A DNA stretch of 64,000 nucleotides from Dehalococcoidia bacterium (GTDB lineage: Bacteria; Chloroflexota; Dehalococcoidia; Plut-88900). A program made the position numbers and the translations under genes. Numbering within the stretch: position 1 is the first letter of the stretch; the number at the start of each line of letters is the position of its first letter. Under the pieces are notes generated by a model. It saw nothing but the letters and a program-made list of their open reading frames with translations. It was not told where the DNA came from and searched no databases. Of this stretch, positions 57,574 to 64,000 are shown piece by piece. The DNA lies in the NCBI GenBank assembly GCA_965207225.1, contig CBDBLV010000002.1, forward strand, positions 192,001-256,000. Direction: 5' to 3'.

Positions 57574-59157
57574 ATGCCAGCGAACACGTCGCCCGACCAG
57601 CTTGCCGCGCTTTTGGAGGGAGACTCCCCCTTCGCCCTGCTGGACGTCCGTGAACTGGGTGAATACAACCAGGCCCACATACCCGGCGCCTGCCCCCTCC
57701 CCCGACGCCTTATCGAATACCGCCTCCCGAGGCTCGTGCCCAATCTATCAACGAACGTCATAGTTTGTGACGACGATGGGAGACGCGCCGCACTGGCAGT
57801 TGGGACTCTGCAGAAAATGGGATATACCAACGCCTCCGTCCTTGAGGGAGGCATCAACCGTTGGACGTCTCAGGGATACGGTTCCGAGTGGGGAGTCAAC
57901 GTCCCCAGCAAGGACTACGGAGAGCGCGTCCAGGTGGAGCGCAACATCCCCGAAATTACCGCTGAAGAATTGGAAGACTGGATCTCCCGTAAAGACAAGT
58001 TCGTCCTGGTAGACTCCCGCACCCCCGAGGAACACAACAGCTTCTGCATCCCCGGAAGCCGCAGCATGCCCGGCGGCGAGCTCGCCCTCCGTGTCTGGGA
58101 CCTCATGGACTCCGAGGACACCCCTGTGGTCGTTCACTGTGCGGGCCGGACTCGAAGCATCGTCGGCACAAGCATCCTCCACCGCATGGGTATCAAGAAC
58201 GTCTTCGGCCTCCGCAACGGAACCATGGGTTGGCAGCTTGCCGGCTTTGACCTCGAGCATGGCTCCACCCGACTAACCCTGGACACCCCATCCGAGGCCG
58301 CCATCCAAAAGGCCGAGGCCCACGGCCGCAAGGTCGCTACCGAAGACGGTGTCCAATACCTCCCTCTGGAAGACTTGGCATCTTTCATCGCTGAACACAG
58401 CCAGGAAAACGTCTACCTTATCGACGTGCGCTCCATCGAGGAGTTCGAGTCCGGTCACGTCCCGGGCTTCTTGTGGTATCCCGGGGGCCAGGCCGCCCAG
58501 GAGAGCGACAACGCAGTAGGCGTAAAGGCCGGCCACATAGTCTTCTGCTGCGACGGCGTGGCCCGAGCCTCGGTCACCGCCTCCCTCTTCCGCCAGATCG
58601 GATACCCCAACGTCTACGTACTTGATGGTGGCACGACCACCTGGACCCGAGCCGGCTTCTCACTCCAAGCCGGCCTCGCCTCCCCCGACCCCGCCCTCCT
58701 CGATCAAGCCCGCTCTCGGGTCCCCTCACTTCCCGCCCCCGATGCCAGGAAACTGATGGAAGATCAGGACTGCGCCACGCTGTTCGTCGGCACCAGCGCC
58801 GAGTTTGCCCAGGCACACACCCCCGGCGCCCGATGGGCCCCCCGCGGCTCCCTCGAACTCACTATCGGAGAGATCGCCCCCTCCCTCACCACCCCCGTCC
58901 TCCTCGTCACCCCCGAAGGTCGAGAATCTCTCCTGGCCGGCCTGACCCTGCTGGATTCCGGCTATTCCAACGTCCATTCTCTGCAGGGCGGTACCCGGGC
59001 CTGGGCGGACGAGGGCCTTCCTCTGGAAACTGGACTCGCAGGCGTCATGAGTCCCCCTAACGACCTCGTCTCCACCGGCTCGGGCCGCAACTTCGCCGAC
59101 GCCATCAACTACCTGCGGTGGGAAATAGAGCTCGGGCACAAGTACGAAAAGGCCTAG
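57574..59157 (+). CDS. Four-domain rhodanese sulfurtransferase
   Basis: Repeated DVR/HIPG motifs, HCAGRTRS, NVPSKDYGE. Confidence 0.9.
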   Translation: MPANTSPDQLAALLEGDSPFALLDVRELGEYNQAHIPGACPLPRRLIEYRLPRLVPNLSTNVIVCDDDGRRAALAVGTLQKMGYTNASVLEGGINRWTSQGYGSEWGVNVPSKDYGERVQVERNIPEITAEELEDWISRKDKFVLVDSRTPEEHNSFCIPGSRSMPGGELALRVWDLMDSEDTPVVVHCAGRTRSIVGTSILHRMGIKNVFGLRNGTMGWQLAGFDLEHGSTRLTLDTPSEAAIQKAEAHGRKVATEDGVQYLPLEDLASFIAEHSQENVYLIDVRSIEEFESGHVPGFLWYPGGQAAQESDNAVGVKAGHIVFCCDGVARASVTASLFRQIGYPNVYVLDGGTTTWTRAGFSLQAGLASPDPALLDQARSRVPSLPAPDARKLMEDQDCATLFVGTSAEFAQAHTPGARWAPRGSLELTIGEIAPSLTTPVLLVTPEGRESLLAGLTLLDSGYSNVHSLQGGTRAWADEGLPLETGLAGVMSPPNDLVSTGSGRNFADAINYLRWEIELGHKYEKA

Positions 59158-60266
59158 CTGAAGCTCAGGTGGTGGATCGTCGCCGCCTCCATCGCCTCCC
59201 AGTCCACATCCAGCCCTAGGCCCGATTTCTCCGGCCCGTAGACGTATCCATCCGGTTGCGTCCTCACCACGTCCAGCATCCCGTACTCATACGGTTCGAG
59301 AGGCATGCTCTGCTCGTAATAGGTGCAATTCTCGGTGGTCAACATTACGTGTAGGTTAGCCGTTGAATTCAGACTATAACCCCAGGACATTACCTCGCAG
59401 TTCATTCCGGCTTCCAGTGTAATGTCGACAGCTTTTCTAAGCGGAGTAACCCCCCCGAGAACCAGGGCATCCGTCCTGGCTGACCTCCAGCACCCCGCCT
59501 TCACTGCACCCTCGAAGGTCGCCAGGTCCATTATCCAATTCCCGGACGGCAGGACCGGCATCTCTACCTCCCGCGCCAGCATCCTGTACCCTTCCAGGTC
59601 GTAGTCCGGCAGAGGCGCCTCGAACCACGTGAAGTCCAGGCTTTCCAGCTCTTTTGCCACCCGCATCGCCGATTCCCGGTCGTAGTTGTTTTCCGCATCC
59701 AGCATGAACTCCACGTCCTTGCCTGGATGTTCTTGCCGGACTGCCCGTGCCAACGCTGCGTCGTCCTCCGGGATGCACCAGGTGTGGAACTTTACCGCCG
59801 TGAATCCCTGCCCCAGCAGCTCATCCACAAATGCCAGGTATGCGGCTATGTCGTCGAGCATCGGCGTACTCGCGTAAGAACGAATGCGGTCCCGCTTCGC
59901 TCCAATAAGCTTATACAACGGCGCGCCCGACACCTTCCCCGCCAGGTCCCACAACGCAATGTCTACCGCAGCCAGTGCCTGTGGCGGAATCGGGAACACC
60001 CTCGGCCAGAGTTCCTTCCGGATGCCTTCCCGGTCCAGGGGGTCCTTCCCGACCAGTATCGGCCCGAGATGCCGCAGCGTCTCCGCGGTGTACCGGTCGT
60101 AATCGAAGGAGGTCGCATTCCAGACCCCACCCATTCCCTCCACCCCATCGTCCGTATAGATTCTCACAAGCGTATTGGTGGAAAACTGGTCTGGCAAATC
60201 ATACGACCATGCAAACCTCTCCACCCGCGGCGCAACCGCCCTCACCTCAATCCTCTCAATCTTCAT
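59154..60266 (-). CDS. Mandelate racemase/muconate lactonizing enzyme family enolase
   Basis: VDIALWDLAGK, K.H, MLDAE, WFEAP, GLGLDVDW. Confidence 0.9.
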   Translation of the reverse strand: MKIERIEVRAVAPRVERFAWSYDLPDQFSTNTLVRIYTDDGVEGMGGVWNATSFDYDRYTAETLRHLGPILVGKDPLDREGIRKELWPRVFPIPPQALAAVDIALWDLAGKVSGAPLYKLIGAKRDRIRSYASTPMLDDIAAYLAFVDELLGQGFTAVKFHTWCIPEDDAALARAVRQEHPGKDVEFMLDAENNYDRESAMRVAKELESLDFTWFEAPLPDYDLEGYRMLAREVEMPVLPSGNWIMDLATFEGAVKAGCWRSARTDALVLGGVTPLRKAVDITLEAGMNCEVMSWGYSLNSTANLHVMLTTENCTYYEQSMPLEPYEYGMLDVVRTQPDGYVYGPEKSGLGLDVDWEAMEAATIHHLSFS

Positions 60267-60404
60267 TTCACCACCTTCATTACTATTCTGGCAGTCTAGT
60301 TTGGCGACAAACAGTGTAAATGTCCTCCATAACTTGCGCCATTAATCGTTGCACTTTAACCTTCAATTCCATCAGCGGCATTCACCCACCGGAGGCCCGA
60401 CACC

Positions 60405-61598
60405 ATGACAGCCAACCCCGCCTACCCCATGTTCTCCCCACAGGAGATGGACCGACGCCTCGCCCGCGCCCGGGACCTCATGGGCCTGCATGACCTCGAC
60501 GCCCTCCTCATCACCGGCGAGCACAACTTCCACTACTTCGTAGGCGCCGCCCCCAGCATCGGCCCCAACGAGTCCCTCGCCCGGCCCTCCGCCTTCATCC
60601 TGCCCGCCGTCGGCGAGCCCATCATCGTCTCTCAGGGTCGCGATAACATTCAGGAAGGCACCTACATATCCGAAATCCGCGACTATTTCGACGTTCTCCG
60701 GTTCCCTTACGACCTCGTGACTGAAGCCCTACGCGACAGAGGGCTCAGTGCAGGCCGCATCGGTGCAGAATTGGGACAGGAACAGAGGATGGGCCTGCCC
60801 GTTGGCGATTATCTCGCCATCACTAACTCCCTCCCCGAGGCCCGCTTCGTCGATGCCGCCGACGTCATCATTAAGACCCGCATGGTTAAGTCCGACGAGG
60901 AAGTGGAATACATGCGGGAAGCCGCCCGAATTACCGCCCGCGCCCGAAACCGTCTCTACTCCGACTACCTCACCCCCGGTGTCACCGAGCGCCAGCTCGC
61001 CCGCCAGTTCCAGAAGCTCGTCCTCGACGAAGGCGCTGACGGTACTTCCTTCGTCCACTTCCAGTTCGACATCCAGTCCCAGCTCCCCGGCGCCAAGCAC
61101 GCTTTCCACTACGACCGACCCCTCAGGAAAGGCCTCATCCTCGGTATCGACACCGGCGCCCGGGTCGGAATGTACACCGTCGACTATCCCCGCATGGTAT
61201 CCCTCGGCCCTCCTACCGATAGACAGAAGCGTCTCTACGAAAACCTCCTGGAGGTCAACCGGCGCATGACCGTAGCCCTCAAGCCCGGAGTCACCGCCGC
61301 CGAAATCCACGCCGCCGCCGTCCAGGCCATGAAGGACCTCGGCGTGGAGACCGACAACCCCGAAAGGCTCTCGGGCGGCAGCCGCATGGGCCACGGCCAG
61401 GGCATCCAGTTCACTGAGCCCCCCAGCGTTACCCCTACAGACCACACCATCCTGGAAGTCGGCGCCGTAATCAGCACCGAGCCCGGCATCGCCGACGGGG
61501 AATTGCACCTCCTCTGGGAAGACACCCACGTCATCACCCCCACCGGCTCAGACCTGATCACCACAGAATCCGAAACCCTCCGCCAAGTCCCCTTCTAA
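60405..61598 (+). CDS. M24 Xaa-Pro peptidase family
   Basis: Metal ligands D..D, GHG, EPG, ED are present. Confidence 0.88.
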   Translation: MTANPAYPMFSPQEMDRRLARARDLMGLHDLDALLITGEHNFHYFVGAAPSIGPNESLARPSAFILPAVGEPIIVSQGRDNIQEGTYISEIRDYFDVLRFPYDLVTEALRDRGLSAGRIGAELGQEQRMGLPVGDYLAITNSLPEARFVDAADVIIKTRMVKSDEEVEYMREAARITARARNRLYSDYLTPGVTERQLARQFQKLVLDEGADGTSFVHFQFDIQSQLPGAKHAFHYDRPLRKGLILGIDTGARVGMYTVDYPRMVSLGPPTDRQKRLYENLLEVNRRMTVALKPGVTAAEIHAAAVQAMKDLGVETDNPERLSGGSRMGHGQGIQFTEPPSVTPTDHTILEVGAVISTEPGIADGELHLLWEDTHVITPTGSDLITTESETLRQVPF

Positions 61599-61635
61599 CC
61601 TCCCATTTCCCTGTCCCCTCCATCCCACCCCCTCT

Positions 61636-62120
61636 CTGTCATCCCGCTTCCGACCGGGAGTTCACCCTATCCTTTTTCGTCATTCCCGACTCCGATCGGG
61701 AATCCATCCCGCGGGGCGAGGGTTCCGTTCGCCCTGAGCAAAGTCGAAGGGTCGACCGAACGGAATGGGGTGGTGCCCGGTTCCCGTAGGGGCGACCGGC
61801 GGGTCGCCCTCCCCGGTCCGGGGCCGCTCGTGCTGAGACCCTCGAAGTATGAGCGAGAGGCGGCCCACGCCTTGCCAACCCGTCTCATCCCTCCATCACC
61901 AACCACCCTTTCTCACCTTCCCATTCCGATGCCCCGCGAGGAATCTGGGGCTGGCAGGAGGCTGGCCCTCTCCCCCGAGCAGTGGGGCCGCTCACCCTGA
62001 GCGACGAGTCGAAGGGTCGAGCGGGGAGGGGTGGCCCAAGCCTCTCCAAACCATCACCTCAGTCTGCCGTCAACCCACACCCCTCACTGTCATTCCGATG
62101 CCCCGCGATGAATCTAGGAC
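61636..62120. repeat. Mosaic of REP/dRS3-like palindromes
   Basis: GTCATTCCCGACTCCGATCGGGAATCC (again at 63613), CCCTGAGC...GTCGAAGGG x2, GTAGGGGCGACCGGCGGGTCGCCC, GGGCCGCTC...GGCCCA (again at 63652), CATTCCGATGCCCCGCGA.GAATCT x2. Confidence 0.8.
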
Positions 62121-62158
62121 TTGCCCGCTCACGCCCTTTATCTCCTTCTCCCTTTCTC

Positions 62159-62310
62159 TCCCCAGTACTGAACTAGAGGGCTACGTGGGTGCGCAGCACC
62201 CACGTAGCCCTCTGTTCTTCTTCCCCCTCTCCCTTAAAGGCCCTAAGAGCCTGCCCCGAGTCCCTCGAGGGGGAGAGGGGGATCAAGGGGGTGAGGGTTC
62301 CCCCGTGGGG
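62159..62310. repeat. Palindromic cassette, inverted homolog of 8974-9125
   Basis: Direct sequence comparison. Confidence 0.85.
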
Positions 62311-62345
62311 CCGAGGGGCATTCCATCCCCAAGAAGATCGGACAT

Positions 62346-62374
62346 TTGCCCTACCTGAACCCCCGTGCTATACT
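62346..62374 (+). promoter_or_regulatory. Sigma70 promoter upstream of element copy 3
   Basis: TTGCCC-17 nt-TATACT with extended -10 TG; overlaps the ACATTTGC motif that precedes the -35 in copies 1 and 2. Confidence 0.6.
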
Positions 62375-62630
62375 ACGCCCCAGGCCGCCGACCTCACTCC
62401 TCGGCGACCATCACAATGCAGGATCAAAGGAGTCCCATGAGCCGCACCGGCCTACATAGGCCCCGTCTCAGCCGAGCAGCATCCCGCCGCCCGGCCCCCG
62501 GCACGCGCCTCCTCCCAGGCTCCTTTCTCTTTCCACACCCCGTCCTGCACCCCAACACTCACTACAAGCGCTGCCCAAAGGCCCAACGTCTCGGCCTTCG
62601 CAGCGATCAATCACCGCCCCGCCCCATGCA

Positions 62631-63041
62631 AGGAAGGTCCCCGGACAAATCACGGCACGTCCTATTCAAGGGCCGTTGCCAGGTGCGCGCCCCACTCATA
62701 GGGCGCAACGGTTTCGCCCCGTCAGGCGACGCTAAGGAGCACGGTGTAATGTTGCTCCATCGGGCCATCGCGCCCTTCTTGGATTCCACCGTCGTCACCA
62801 TCGGCAAGTTCCGGTCTACGAACGGCGGTCACGGGTCCATGCTCTCACCCCTTGGGGTGCTAGAGCGCTTCCGGTGGTCGAGGCTGCCCCAGAGCGAGAG
62901 TTTCTCGCGTCTCGTCCACATCCCCTCGGAAGTGTGGGGCTGTCGCAGGGTCGACGCTGGTGTGGACCGTCCCCAGGGGCAGACACCCCGCATCGGTACA
63001 GGCGTCGCCGACATCCTGCGCAAACCGTCCGGGACCTTCCT
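62631..63041 (+). ncRNA. Putative structured ncRNA, copy 3 (divergent)
   Basis: AGGAAGGTCCC(C)GGAC (62631-62646) pairs with GTCCGGGACCTTCCT (63027-63041); first hairpin begins ACGGCACG as in copy 2. Confidence 0.5.
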
Positions 63042-63047
63042 CCCCCT

Positions 63048-63407
63048 CCCCCGACTTGCCATGTCATCCCGAGGCCCCGCGAGGGATCTCAAGGGCCCGT
63101 CTCAAGACGTGGCATTCACCACCGTTCACCCCCATCCAACTTCAGGGAGTGTAAGGGGTGCAGCTTCCCGTACCCTGGAGGAATGGGCTGGCATGAGGCT
63201 GATGCCCTCCCCTCCCACCAGTACCAACCCCCGATTTGCTATGTCATCCCGAGGCCCCGCGAGGGATCTCAAGCGCCCGCCTCAAGACATGGCATTCACC
63301 GCCGTTCACCCCCATCCAACTTCAGGGAATGTAAGGGGTACAGCCTCCCGTACCCTGAAGGAATGGGCTGGGATGAGGCTGATGTCCTCACCTCCTACCA
63401 GAACCAA
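63048..63407 (+). repeat. Tandem duplication, two units of 180 bp
   Basis: ATGTCATCCCGAGGCCCCGCGAGGGATCTCAAG at 63061 and 63241; period exactly 180. Confidence 0.92.
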
Positions 63408-63918
63408 ACTAGGGGCAAGCGCCTGTGCCAGGGCACAGGCGCTTGCCCCTGTTTTTCCTTCCCTCTCTCCCTTAAAGGCCCTGAGAGCCTGCCCCGAGTC
63501 CCTCGAGGGGGAGAGCAGGATAAAGAGGGTTAGGGTTCCCCTCTCGTTCCTTAAACAATCAAAGGCGTGCCTGAAACCGGAAAACAATCAAAAGCCCGCC
63601 CCCTCCCCTTCGTCATTCCCGACCCCGATCGGGAACCCACCCCCGGGGGCTGGGCCGCTCGTGCTGAGGCTCTCGAAGTACGAGCGGAGGGGTGGCCCAC
63701 ACCCGACCGTCACGTCTCGCTGGTCATCCTCGCCCACCCCATGCCGTCGTCTCCCCCACAGCGCCACGCGAAATCCCCCAAAACCCCTTTAGGCGTCGTT
63801 CAATCAAACCAGCCACGAATTCAATCAACGTTCAATCAAAACCCCACCCCCCGTCGAGGGAGAGGGTCGGAGCATCCCCCCAAGAAGCCGCCGGGTGAAG
63901 GTTCCCATTTGACCCCGT

Positions 63919-63947
63919 TTGACATCCTCACCAAACACGGCTAAGAT
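63919..63947 (+). promoter_or_regulatory. Putative sigma70 promoter for a gene beyond the window
   Basis: TTGACA-17 nt-TAAGAT. Confidence 0.55.
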
Positions 63948-64000
63948 TTTGCACCGATGATTATAAAAATCCATCTCGACCACTGCTCCTGTACCTGTCG

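Noticed and set aside
62365-63792. 475-aa ORF across element copy 3 and the repeats (SD plus ATG at 62437)
   Set aside because: Pro/Arg/Ser-rich with no recognisable domain; runs through palindromic repeats and the in-frame 180-bp duplication; the equivalent frame in copy 2 stops at once. Probably spurious, though not excluded.
61600-63900. CRISPR array
   Set aside because: No constant repeat with regular unique spacers; no cas genes

Overview
GC-rich bacterial chromosomal segment. Gene content suggests Chloroflexota/Dehalococcoidia, probably SAR202-like (inference): three LLM monooxygenases, cofGH, five amidohydrolase_2 paralogs, class III CoA-transferases, racemases/enolase and M24 hydrolases. 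Housekeeping genes are dnaN, glmU, hrcA-grpE-dnaJ-prmA with a CIRCE, a second dnaJ, plsY, der (frameshifted), argF, tRNA-Arg(CCG) and tRNA-Ser(CGA). The window also has two type II toxin-antitoxin pairs and a 2-oxoacid/acetoin dehydrogenase E1a/E1b/E2 cluster. The most unusual signal is non-coding. Three long intergenic regions (about 8.2-9.6 kb, 17.0-17.7 kb and 61.6-64 kb) each hold a copy of an apparently unannotated 310-410 nt element. Each copy is closed by a GGAAGGTCC...GGACCTTCC long-range stem, lies downstream of its own sigma70-type promoter, and has internal helices that appear structurally conserved despite sequence divergence. The copies sit among mosaics of REP-like palindromes. 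The GC skew of the + strand flips at about 17.0 kb, next to copy 2. All calls were made by eye from motifs; no database searches or folding programs were run.
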